Assembly: GCA_950097015.1 (NCBI GenBank) | Contig: CATNEN010000038.1 | Location: 23,126,001-23,190,000, forward strand | Direction: 5' to 3' | DNA from: Macrostomum hystrix | Taxonomy: Eukaryota > Animalia > Platyhelminthes | DNA: 64,000 bases | In this document: positions 1 through 12,600 of the stretch, in pieces | Position numbering within the stretch: position 1 is the first letter of the stretch | Layout of the letters: each line of letters opens with the position of its first letter | Made by a program: the position numbers and the translations under genes | The notes under the pieces: generated by a model | Database searches by the model: none | Seen by the model: only the letters and a program-made list of their open reading frames with translations | Told to the model about the DNA's origin: nothing

Positions 1-426
1 AGTTTAGACATTTTTAATTCCATTTAGCAGTTCTTTTTCTACCATTTAGTTTAGTGTCTAAATAACCTCTGCTTGTTTGTGTTCTAACTTGTTTGCCTAT
101 CAAAAGCGAGTTTAATTTTACTCAAATACCAAAGACGACGCTAAACTACCATACCATTTAAATTAAAATTCATAGATACTATACCAAAGAAATGCATCAA
201 ATATGTAGACTTTTTCATTTTATAATATTCTATCTATCTCTGGTATTACTACGAGTAGTATGTTGCGATGCGATTGCATTTCCACCTGTTCGTGCTCTTA
301 CAGCTGTGATCTCAGTGACAGACAATCTTTGTAATCTCCGTGCTGTGATAATAGTACATGTAGGACTATATAAGCTAGCTCGTATTTTTGTGGACGCCAA
401 CTATGAAACAACGTAAAGGTCCTCGT

Positions 427-695
427 AACGCATTTGCCTCTCGCACCAAGGTCCCCGAACCCGAGTCCGCGGCGAGGTCACTTTCGTTTGGGGCGCCGCC
501 GCGGAGAGAAGGCTTTGGGGGCTTGTCGTGCAATTTACGCGCTTGAGGAGCGACCTCAAAGACACAGTGATAGTGTACACTGCCTGACGACGAGAAAGTC
601 AGCGCAGATGTATACACCTGGGTGTATGTGTGTGTGCTCAGGAGTCAGCGAAATGGGCAGAATTCCTCGCTGTTTGCGGGTCTATTGTCACCTGT
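427..695 (+). mobile_element. tRNA-derived SINE, family 1 (5'-truncated copy)
   Basis: Shares body sequence (gcaccaaggtccc...tgtacactgcctgacgacgagaaagtcagcgcagatgt...gctcaggagtcagcgaaatgggcagaatt) with copies at 4277, 5468, 12525 and 49162. Confidence 0.75.
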
Positions 696-1829
696 GAGTG
701 ATCGTTCACAGATCAGTCAATTAGACCTTTTGACAAGTCGCTACCTGACCTGGATATATTTACACTAGGTGTCATCGAGCTGCATCCATGCCCAGCATGA
801 GCAATCTATGGACGAAGCATCCAACTGGTCACTGTTTGGTAGACACCGAGCCGCTGTCGTCCAGAGATCTAATTAGGCGAGCTGTCTTTTGCCGAAAACA
901 CAATAGATTTGCACAATAGATGTTCGGGAGTTCGGATAGTTTCAATGCATTTTTCATGGCTTGGGCGAAAGCTTAGCACAATGTAACTTGTGTAAAACGC
1001 GATGCATATTGGATGAGATTAATTCTACTAAAGATTTGTGGCTCAGACAAAAGAAAGATACAAATAAATAGAGCCTTCGGGCGACGTTGTGAGGCAGGCC
1101 ACTAAACTATGATACTAAATTTCGTTACTTCTACCTGCTCGTTGGGAGCTTTCAATTGTTAGACGCAGGTTAAAATATACCATTGAAAGAATCTGGACAG
1201 TGTCTGCGCATGCCATTCTAAGTGTCCTCAGCTATTGTCCGATAGTCTATTGTCAGTCTAAATGCCTCGAGGCTACATCAGGTGGGAGGTTTTCGGGTCG
1301 AGTCGCCTAGATTCGTTTTAGACAATTTAATGAAAGGCTTTATAAATATTAGCTGTAGCATGCACACACCGAGCCACTACATCTGCTTTGGCCAAGTTCA
1401 GCTCGAATTGTGCTCGCATACTAAATAACAGTTGCTGCACGTTTTCAGCGGCAATCAGACAGTTTCTAGAAGCAGGCATGGCCAAAGTCGAGGTTGAGAT
1501 GGTTGGGTGGGGTTGTGCGCCGACAAAAACGACCCACAAGAATAAAAGACCAAACCGGTCCTATGCTCAGGCTGCATGAGTTCTACAAACCATTTGCGAG
1601 TCTTAATTGCAGGCGCTTCAAGCAAACAGGCACAGAAGCAAGCATCCAAGCTTTTGAGTTTCGAAGAGTTTTTTGACGATAGCAGTTTAAGAAGTAGTTT
1701 TCTCAAGCGATTTATAATGTGAGTAATAATCAATACGTTGTGTTTCTAGGGGTAGCACTGATTTTTTAGGTGCCTATAATTTTCAAACAAAATTTATGCC
1801 TAAGGGTCATGCAACTTTCGTATAACGTG

Positions 1830-3362
1830 GCGCCACTAAGGATTAAGAGGGCGCCACCATGGATTTAGAGGGCGCCACCATGGATTTAGAGGGCGCCACC
1901 ATGGATTTAGAGGGCGCCACCATGGATTTAGAGGGCGCCATAGCGGATTTAAAGGACGCCACCAAGGATAATGAGGACGCCACCATGGATAATGAGGACG
2001 CCACCATGGACTTAGAGGGCGCCACCATGGATTTAGAGGGCGCCATAGCGTATTTAGAGGACGCCACCAAGGATAATGAGGACGCCACCATGGATAATGA
2101 GGACGCCACCATGGATTTAGAGGGCGCCACCATGGATTTAGAGGGCGCCACCATGGATTTAGAGGGCGCCACCATGGATTTAGAGGGCGCCACCATGGAT
2201 TTAGAGGGCGCCACCATGGATTTAGAGGGCGCCACCATGGATTTAGAGGGCGCCACCATGGATTTAGAGGGCGCCACCATGGATTTAGAGGGCGCCACCA
2301 TGGATTTAGAGGGCGCCACCATGGATTTAGAGGGCGCCACCATGGATTTAGAGGGCGCCACAGCGTATTTAGAGGGCGCCACCATGGATTTAGAGGGCGC
2401 CACAGCGTATTTAGAGGACGCCACCATGGATTATGAGGACGCCACCATGGATTATGAGGACGCCACCATGGATTATGAGGACGCCACCATGGATAATGAG
2501 GACGCCACCATGGATAATGAGGACGCCACCATGGATTATGAGGACGCCACCATGGATTATGAGGACGCCACCATGGATTTTGAGGACGCCACCATGGATT
2601 ATGAGGACGCCACCATGGATTATGAGGACGCCACCATGGATAATGAGGACGCCACCATGGATTATGAGGACGCCACCATGGATTATGAGGACGCCACCAT
2701 GGATTATGAGGACGCCACCATGGATTTTGAGGACGCCACCATGGATAATGAGGACGCCACCATGGATTATGAGGACGCCACCATGGATTATGAGGACGCC
2801 ACCATGGATTTTGAGGACGCCACCATGGATTATGAGGACGCCACCATGGATTATGAGGACGCCACCATGGATTATGAGGACGCCACTAAGGATAATGAGG
2901 ATGCCACCATGGATAATAAGGACGCCACCATGGATTATGAGGACGCCACCATGGATTATGAGGACGCCACCATGGATTATGAGGACGCCACCAAGGATAA
3001 TGAGGATGCCACCATGGATTATGAGGACGCCACCATGGATTATGAGGACGCCACCATGGATTATGAGGACGCCACCATGGATTATGAGGACGCCACCATG
3101 GATTATGAGGACGCCACCATGGATAATGAGGACGCCACCAAGGATAATGAGGACGCCACCATGGATTATGAGGACGCCACCATGGATTATGAGGACGCCA
3201 CCATGGATTATGAGGACGCCACCATGGATTATGAGGACGCCACCAAGGATAATGAGGATGCCACCATGGATAATGAGGACGCCACCATGGATTATGAGGA
3301 CGCCACCATGGATAATGAGGACGCCACCATGGATTATGAGGATGCCACCATGGGTTTAGAGG
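1830..3362. repeat. 21-bp minisatellite (gccaccatggatttagagggc, then gccaccatggattatgaggac), ~72 copies
   Basis: Direct reading. The subtype switches near 2420. The array gives a stop-free 504-aa ORF of MDLEGAT/MDYEDAT heptads. Confidence 0.95.
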
Positions 3363-3669
3363 GTGACAAATAAAATAAATCTGTAAATATCTCCACTGAA
3401 ACATACTAACACATATTGCCTAAGTCGTTTAAGTATAAAATATTAAAACAAGGAAAAGTGACGCGATTGTGGGTGTACAGTTACAGATGGAATTTACTGT
3501 ACCATATAGAAACAATGGTCCGTAATCAATCGATATGCTGTACTATATCGATCCGATGCAATGTATAACCTCTGTTAAACGGCAAATGCTTCAAGCGATC
3601 AAAAAAGAAATTCTGCCGACCAAAATTACAGATTCCTGAACTCCTGACATCCGCGGGTGATCCTAGTTG

Positions 3670-6600
3670 ATGGCGACGTTTGCCGAGACGCGGCCCTCCG
3701 CCATCGGCGAGTCGGAGGCCTGGCTGCGGGCGAACTCCAAGGCCGTGGCAGCGCCGCGACTCGGCTGCAGTCGGCAGGCTCTGCAGCGCCAGAGTCGCGA
3801 GCAGGAGTCGCTTCTGGCCCAGATTACGAGCCTGGAGGAGCGGCTAGCCGCATCGGCCGATGCGCAGCAGAAGTTGCTGGCCGACGCCTGCGCAGAGCAG
3901 CTGCGCCAGGCTAAGAGCGAAGTGTCAATCAATCGGGACGCCATCGCTTACCTGCGCGACATCTCCTGCCTGGAGGATGTACTGGCCGAGTCGTGTCGCC
4001 AGGTGGCCGGACAGGCTATCGCCCTATCGCAGAGGGACTATTCGCAACTACAGGAGCAGAAGGTAATTTTTCGAATTTTGAACTTCGCTAACTTTTCTAA
4101 TAATGAAAACCTGGTTAACATCAGTTGTTCAGTCCGTGGACTGGGAAGTCCATCGCACCCACCCTATATTTCTACCCGCGAGCTGATGCTGTTGGTACAA
4201 ATTTTCACAGCTGGGTTGAACTGAAACACTGGAGAATTATCTAGCTTAACAATTGAAAATAGTTTCCCTTAGGCTGGCAGGACGAGTGGCAGAGCGGTGG
4301 CGTCCCTGAGCTCGATTCCAGGACAAGGCTAGTTACGGGCGTACATTCGTTACGGGCGCAGCCATGCAGAAAAGTCAAACTCCAAGGCACAGCGAAAGTG
4401 TACACTTCCTGAAGATGAGAAAGTTAGGGCAGAAGCACTCACCGAGTGATCGGAATGGGCAGAATTACCTCTGGCTGGCACCAAATGATGTTCCAGTGTC
4501 CACAGCCTTCCTGCAATTATTGTTAATATCCTTATTATTACGAGCTATGTTAGTGACTAGCGTGGTTGTCGCCTAAGTAGGTAGTGTAGGTTGTAGTCGA
4601 ACTCAAGACTTTAAGGTCCGGGGTTCGATTCCTGACTCCGCGGGAACGATTTGTGTACTTTAGCAAGACACTCAACTCTACATTGCTTCAGTTCATCCAG
4701 CCGGTAAATGCGCAGCATTAGCTGGGGTAATTGAGCATGAACTTAGAATGTGCTGTCTTACAAAATTTTCGTATCTTTTCTCAAAACACCAGCCGCTCAG
4801 CAGCGAGGTGTCCCAGACCTGGGAGTGGGTCTCAAGGCTTGGCGAGCTGACCCAGCTGCACCTGAAAAACGCGGCCGATTATCATTCGTTCTATCACGAC
4901 GCCAACGAGCTGGACGCGTTGTTGAACGCGAGAAAGTCTACTAACACACAGGTTATGAGTTCGATTCCGCCAACCGGTCAACTGAGCTCAATGCAACGGA
5001 TGAACACCGTGATGAGCGTGAGTGCTTGTAGTTGCTTTTGTCTTTGATTGAAAAAAATCGAATAAAAGTACATTCTACTGTCGCATCCTACAATGATCCT
5101 GCAGGAGAATTTCTCGCAGCTACTCCTTCTGTCCCAGCGCACCGACCAGCTTGTGTCGAAGAGTCACAGCATTGTGCCTCTGTACCGTCGTTGTCGAGCT
5201 GTGGACTCCGGCTATCCCGGCCGAAATATCTACCGATTCTACGATGGCGAGGTCTGTAAAACTGTTCTTATATGAATTCAACTGTACATTAAAAGTGTGT
5301 ACAATAGACGAATGACGTCACCAGTGCATTGAGAAAAAGATCGTTAAAAAATGTAAACATTTCGATTTGCCGCTAATTTTAGAAAGGTTGCTCGAAAGTT
5401 TATAAAGTGCTACATTTTGAAGGATTGTTAGGAACGAGTTAATTCATTTCTCTTTTTTTCAAAACGGGGTGAGCTCGATTCCATGGCTAGGCCACTTTCA
5501 TTTGGGGCGAGGCCGCTGAGAGAAGGCTTGGGAGCAATTTGCGCCCTTTAGGGCCAACCTCCAAGGCACAGTGAGAGTGTACACTGCCTAACGATGAGAA
5601 AGTCAGGGCAGATGTACACACCTGTGTGAGCGTGTGCCTGCGAACGCTATCTGCGTGAGTGTGTGCTCAGGAGTCAGTGGAATGGGGGAGAATTGCCTTC
5701 TCGCTGGCTGCAGGTCTACTTCACCAAATGATGCAAATGTAATAAATTATTGACATTGTTCATTTCTGTATTTCTGATCATTTTAAAAATATCGAGCTAT
5801 TAGCATTAACTGACAAGTATGAAAATGATATTTAAGGGAATAACCAAACATAAGTAGGATTCTAATCCAGAATTATTCACTAATCCAAGTGCCTCTGTGA
5901 TTTCTCCTACAGGGAAATATAGTATTTTGGTTAGACGCTGAAGTCTTTTGTTTAAATAATTTAAGATTAACGATTATACATTCTTAGACCTAAAGAGTGT
6001 CGATTTTCTTTAAAGAAACTGTTTTATCTCATTAGCGTTAAATATAAAATATTTCCCGATACCCATCACCGGATGCCTCAATGAAGCCTAAAACTCTGCG
6101 CTAACGTACATTTCATAAGAACACACTGGACGACGCGGAGGAGGTCACCGTGCTGGACAATTCTCACTCCTTCAACTGGATAATTGAGAAGGCCGACGGG
6201 ACGAAGATGGAGGTGCCGAGCATCTGCATCTGGTTGCCGCCGCCCGACACTGAAGCTGTGGAGGTGGCGTTTGTGTGAGTCCGGAACTAACAGGATATGG
6301 AATGCAGCGTTGAGATTAGCGTTGAAGGTCGGGGGTTCGATTCTCGACCCCCATGGAACAATTTTTGTGTCCTTTAGCCAGACATTTAATTCTGCATTGC
6401 TTCAGTTCACCCAGCTGTTTAATGGGTACTAGCATTAGCTGGGTTAATTGAGGGTGGGTGTGGCGTCCCCCCCAGTCCATGGACTGAACAGCCTTGATTT
6501 GCGCCGTGCATGGCTGTCCGGTCCGTGGACCGTAGGAGGCGCAACACCCACCCTTCAATTAATAAAGGTAAGTAAATTGGTTCAGTAGAGTCGGGAGATA

Positions 6601-9600
6601 ATCGAACCCCAGACCTTTAAGTCGTGAGTCCGTTGCTGTAACACCTAGGCTACAACTAGCAAATTTATATTTATAATGATAATGATAATTTATAATGATA
6701 AAGAACAAAAAATTCTACAGAATCAGGCGCAAGCTGTTGAACACCTGGGCAGGCCTGCTTGCAGCTGTTCGTCAGTGGCTAGTACAATTCTACATCGATT
6801 ATCTGCAAAAGCTTTCAGAAAATAGCACCGTGGTGAGCTGTGAATTTACTCTCAAATATATTTTACAGCTTGCTTTTCTTACTTATAGAATTTCTTTCTA
6901 TCTAACAGGATTTCTTTCTATCTAACAGGATTTCTTTCTATCTAACAGGACTTCTTTCTATCTAACAGGATTTCTTTCTATCTAACAGGATTTATTTCTA
7001 TCTAACAGGACTTCTTTCTATCTAACAGGATTTCTTTCTATCTAACAGGACTTCTTTCTATCTAACAGGACTTTTTTCTATCTAACAGGATTTCTTTCTA
7101 TCTAATAGGATTTCTTTCTATCTAATAGGATTTCTTTCTATCTAATAGGATTTCTTTCTATCTAATAGAATTTCTTTCTATCTAACAGGATTTCTTTCTA
7201 TCTAACAGGACTTCTTTCTATCTAACAGGATTTCTTTCTATCTAACAGGATTTCTTTCTATCTAACAGGATTTCTTTCTATCTAATAGGATTTCTTTCTA
7301 TCTAATAGGATTTCTTTCTATCTAATAGAATTTCTTTCTATCTAACAGGATTTCTTTCTATCTAACAGGACTTCTTTCTATCTAACAGGATTTCTTTCTA
7401 TCTAACAGGATTTCTTTCTATCTAACAGGACTTCTTTCTATCTAACAGGATTTCTTTCTATCTAATAGAATTTCTTTCTATCTAACAGGACTTCTTTCTA
7501 TCTAACAGGATTTCTTTCTATCTAACAGGATTGCATTCTGTCTAGCATAATAACATCCAGTCTCACAGTTTATTACATATTTAAGTAAGTTTTTTTCATG
7601 ATCACGCGAAGTCGATCGCTTATTTTCCTCCAACAGCGAGTGGAGCCAGCAGCTCAGCTGGTCTTTCTAGATTTCCTCAGCCATTTGGAGGACACCGTTG
7701 ACGATGTGCTCGGCGACGAAGTTGAGCAGCGAGACCAGTTAAAGAAGGCCATCCAGGCAACTCGAGCTGGGCTCGCTCCTTGCCGTGAGTTTCCGTGTTT
7801 TCTCGACGGATTTTCGCTATCATTTATTTTTTCCCGTGATCGTTAAGAAATCGATTGGACTCGAAAACACTTCAATAATTATAGCAGCTGAACAGGTCCC
7901 GTCAGTTCGCGAGGCCGAAGCAGTTTTGCTGCAGTCATTGCTCGACAGACTGCTCGAGCACATGCGCAACTGGAAGTGCCTTAATGAGCAGGTGGAGTTC
8001 ACTAAAAGAGATAACAGCGCCCTCATGGAAGAGTCTGCTCAGATGCTGTCCGCTTTCTCTGTACTCAAGTGAGCACATGGCTTTTATGTTCCAATGTTGT
8101 CACTCTTTTGAAAAACTACAGGTGCTGGTTAGTCTTCTGAACAGGTGCTGGTTAGTCTTCTGAACAGGTGCTGGTTAGTCTTCTGAACAGGTGCTGGTTA
8201 GTCTTCTGAACAGGTGCTGGTTAGTCTTCTGAACAGGTGCTGGTTAGTCTTCTGAACAGGTGCTGGTTAGTCTTCTGAACAGGTGCTGGTTAGTCTTCTG
8301 AACAGGTGCTGGTTAGTCTTCTGAACAGGTGCTGGTTAGTCTTCTGAACAGGTGTTGGGTAGACTTCTGAACAGGTGCTGGTTAGTTTTCTGAACAGGTG
8401 CTGGGTAGACTTCTGAACAGGTGCTGGTTAGACTTCTGAACAGGTGCTGGGTAGACTTCTGAACAGGTGCTGGTTAGTTTTCTGAACAGGTGCTGGGTAG
8501 ACTTCTGAACAGGTGCTGGTTAGTCTTCTGAACAGGTGCTGGGTAGACTTCTGAACAGGTGCTGGTTAGTTTTCTGAACAGGTGCTGGGTAGACTTCTGA
8601 ACAGGTGCTGGTTAGTCTTCAGAACAGGTGCTGGTTAGTCTTCTGAACAGGTGCTGGGTAGACTTCAGAACAGGTGCTGGTTAGATTTCTGAACAGGTGC
8701 TGGGTAGACTTCTGAACAGGTGCTGGGTAGACTTCTGAACAGGTGCTGGTTAGTTTTCTGAACAGGTGCTGGGTAGACTTCTGAACAGGTGCTGGGTAGA
8801 CTTCTGAACAGGTGCTGGTTAGTTTTCTGAACAGGTGCTGGGTAGACTTCTGAACAGGTGCTGGTTAGTCTTCTGAACAGGTGCTGGTTAGTTTTCTGAA
8901 CAGGTGCTGGGTAGACTTCTGAACAGGTGCTGGGTAGACTTCTGAACAGGTGCTGGGTAGACTTCAGAACAGGTGCTGGGTAGACTTCTGAACCGGTGCT
9001 GGTTAGTTTTCTGAACAGGTGCTGGGTAGACTTCTGAACAGGTGCTGGGTAGACTTCTGAACAGGTGCTAGGTAGACTTCAGAACAGGTGCTGGGTAGAC
9101 TTCAGAACAGGTGCTGGGTAGACTTCTGAACAGGTGCTAGGTAGACTTCAGAACAGGTGCTGGGTAGACTTCTGAACAGGTGCTGGGTAGACTTCAGAAC
9201 AGGTGCTGGGTAGACTTCTGAACAGGTGCTGGTTAGTCTTCTGAACAGGTGCTATGTAGACTTCTGAACAGGTGCTGGGTAGACTTCTGAACAGGTGCTG
9301 GTTAGTCTTCTGAACAGGTGCTAGGTAGACTTCTGAACAGGTGCTGGGTAGACTTCTGAACAGGTGCTGGGTAGACTTCTGAACAGGTGCTAGGTAGACT
9401 TCAGAACAGGTGCTGGGTAGACTTCTGAACAGGTGCTGGGTAGACTTCTGCACAGGTGCTAGGTAGACTTCTGTACAGGTGCTGGGTAGTTTTCTGAACA
9501 GGTGCTGGGTAGACTTCTGAACAGGTGCTGGTTAGATTTCTGAACAGGTGCTGGGTAGACTTCTGAACAGGTGCTGGGTAGACTTCTGAACAGGTGCTGG

Positions 9601-12600
9601 TTAGTTTTCTGAACAGGTGCTGGGTAGACTTCTGAACAGGTGCTGGTTAGTCTTCTGAACAGGTGCTGGGTAGTTTTCTGAACAGGTGCTGGGTAGACTT
9701 CTGAACAGGTGCTGGGTAGACTTCTGAACAGGTGCTGGTTAGTCTTCTGAACAGGTGCTAGGTAGACTTCTGAACAGGTGCTGGTTAGTTTTCTGAACAG
9801 GTGCTGGGTAGATTTCTGAACAGGTGCTGGGTAGACTTCTGAACAGGTGCTGGGTAGACTTCTGAACAGGTGCTGGTTAGTTTTCTGAACAGGTGCTGGG
9901 TAGACTTCTGAACAGGTGCTGGGTAGACTTCTGAACAGGTGCTGGTTAGTTTTCTGAACAGGTGCTGGGTAGACTTCTGAACAGGTGCTGGTTAGTCTTC
10001 TGAACAGGTGCTGGTTAGTTTTCTGAACAGGTGCTGGGTAGACTTCTGAACAGGTGCTGGGTAGACTTCTGAACAGGTGCTGGGTAGACTTCAGAACAGG
10101 TGCTGGGTAGACTTCTGAACCGGTGCTGGTTAGTTTTCTGAACAGGTGCTGGGTAGACTTCTGAACAGGTGCTGGGTAGACTTCTGAACAGGTGCTGGGT
10201 AGACTTCAGAACAGGTGCTGGGTAGACTTCAGAACAGGTGCTGGGTAGACTTCTGAACAGGTGCTAGGTAGACTTCAGAACAGGTGCTGGGTAGACTTCT
10301 GAACAGGTGCTGGGTAGACTTCAGAACAGGTGCTGGGTAGACTTCTGAACAGGTGCTGGTTAGTCTTCTGAACAGGTGCTATGTAGACTTCTGAACAGGT
10401 GCTGGGTAGACTTCTGAACAGGTGCTGGTTAGTCTTCTGAACAGGTGCTAGGTAGACTTCTGAACAGGTGCTGGGTAGACTTCTGAACAGGTGCTGGGTA
10501 GACTTCTGAACAGGTGCTAGGTAGACTTCAGAACAGGTGCTGGGTAGACTTCTGAACAGGTGCTGGGTAGACTTCTGCACAGGTGCTAGGTAGACTTCTG
10601 TACAGGTGCTGGGTAGTTTTCTGAACAGGTGCTGGGTAGACTTCTGAACAGGTGCTGGTTAGATTTCTGAACAGGTGCTGGGTAGACTTCTGAACAGGTG
10701 CTGGGTAGACTTCTGAACAGGTGCTGGTTAGTTTTCTGAACAGGTGCTGGGTAGACTTCTGAACAGGTGCTGGTTAGTCTTCTGAACAGGTGCTGGGTAG
10801 TTTTCTGAACAGGTGCTGGGTAGACTTCTGAACAGGTGCTGGGTAGACTTCTGAACAGGTGCTGGTTAGTCTTCTGAACAGGTGCTAGGTAGACTTCTGA
10901 ACAGGTGCTGGTTAGTTTTCTGAACAGGTGCTGGGTAGACTTCTGAACAGGTGCTGGGTAGACTTCAGAACAGGTGCTGGGTAGACTTCTGAACAGGTGC
11001 TGGTTAGTTTTCTGAACAGGTGCTGGGTAGACTTCTGAACAGGTGCTGGGTAGACTTCAGAACAGGTGCTGGGTAGACTTCAGAACAGGTGCTAGGTAGA
11101 CTTCTGAACCGGTGCTGGTTAGTTTTCTGAACAGGTGCTGGGTAGACTTCAGAACAGGTGCTGGGTAGACTTCTGAACAGGTGCTAGGTAGACTTCAGAA
11201 CAGGTGCTGGGTAGACTTCTGAACAGGTGCTAGGTAGACTTCTGAACAGGTGCTGGGTAGACTTCAGAACAGGTGCTGGGTAGACTTCTGAACAGGTGCT
11301 GGGTAGACTTCTGAACAGGTGCTGGGTAGACTTCAGAACAGGTGCTGGTTAGTCTTCTGAACAGGTGCTGGGTAGACTTCTGAACAGGTGCTAGGTAGAC
11401 TTCTGAACAGGTGCTGGTTAGTCTTCTGAACAGGTGCTAGGTAGACTTCTGAACAGGTGCTGGGTAGACTTCTGAACAGGTGCTAGGTAGACTTCAGAAC
11501 AGGTGCTGGGTAGACTTCAGAACAGGTGCTGGGTAGACTTCTGAACAGGTGCTGGGTAGACTTCTGAACAGGTGCTGGGTAGACTTCAGAACAGGTGCTG
11601 GTTAGTCTTCTGAACAGGTGCTGGGTAGACTTCTGAACAGGTGCTAGGTAGACTTCTGAACAGGTGCTGGTTAGTCTTCTGAACAGGTGCTAGGTAGACT
11701 TCTGAACAGGTGCTGGGTAGACTTCAGAACAGGTGCTAGGTAGACTTCAGAACAGGTGCTGGGTAGACTTCAGAACAGGTGCTAGGTAGACTTCTGTACA
11801 GGTGCTGGGTAGTTTTCTGAACAGGTGCTGGGTAGACTTCTGAACAGGTGCTAGGTAGACTTCTGAACAGGTGCTGGGTAGACTTTTGAACAGGTGCTGG
11901 GTAGTCTTCTGAACAGGTGCTGGGTAGACTTCTGAACAGGTGCTGGGGTTGTGCTATTTAGGAGGTGCTAAAGGATAAGCCAATAACAAAAACACCTGCG
12001 CAAGTTTATCTTCGGATTAAGTATCGTACAGTCTAACGGTGTAGAACAAACAAAGTTCAGTCTGAACCTTTGAATTTAAATACCTACCGAGGCATAACTA
12101 CAATCGCGGATGGCATTGTTTTGTTTAGCCAAATGCAGGAGGAGGGCCGCAAGCAGATGGAGGAGCTGCAGGGTCGCATGCAGGAGTTCAGCCTGTACTC
12201 AGCCAGCAGTTCCAGCGAATTCCGCCGATCACACACAATTCGACGTGAAGTTCACGTAAGGGTCTACGATAAATCAGCAAATGTATTGCCTCTAGGTAAA
12301 AACTCGACGTAGTTTTTTAGCCAAAATAATATGTGCCTCCACTCGGACCTCTGATCGACAGGTTACATGTAGGCGTTCAAATCTTATCCCAAGGAAAGAA
12401 CTTTTTCCTTCAGCAATCAACTGTCAAATGGGGATCAGATAGATTAGCCAGGATGAATATTTGGGTCACTGTGGCGGCCTTCAGAGTCCATAGTCTTAAC
12501 AAAGGTACGAAGCCGTATAATATCAATAATAAATAATTGATGGAGGGCTGGGGGGAATGGCACATTATTTGATGACTCTAGACCCGCAGCCAGCAAGGAG

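Noticed and set aside
4555-4640. tRNA genes suggested by GGTTCGA B-boxes (also 6330, 12830, 37290, 40745)
   Set aside because: There is no complete cloverleaf, and most continue into SINE bodies.
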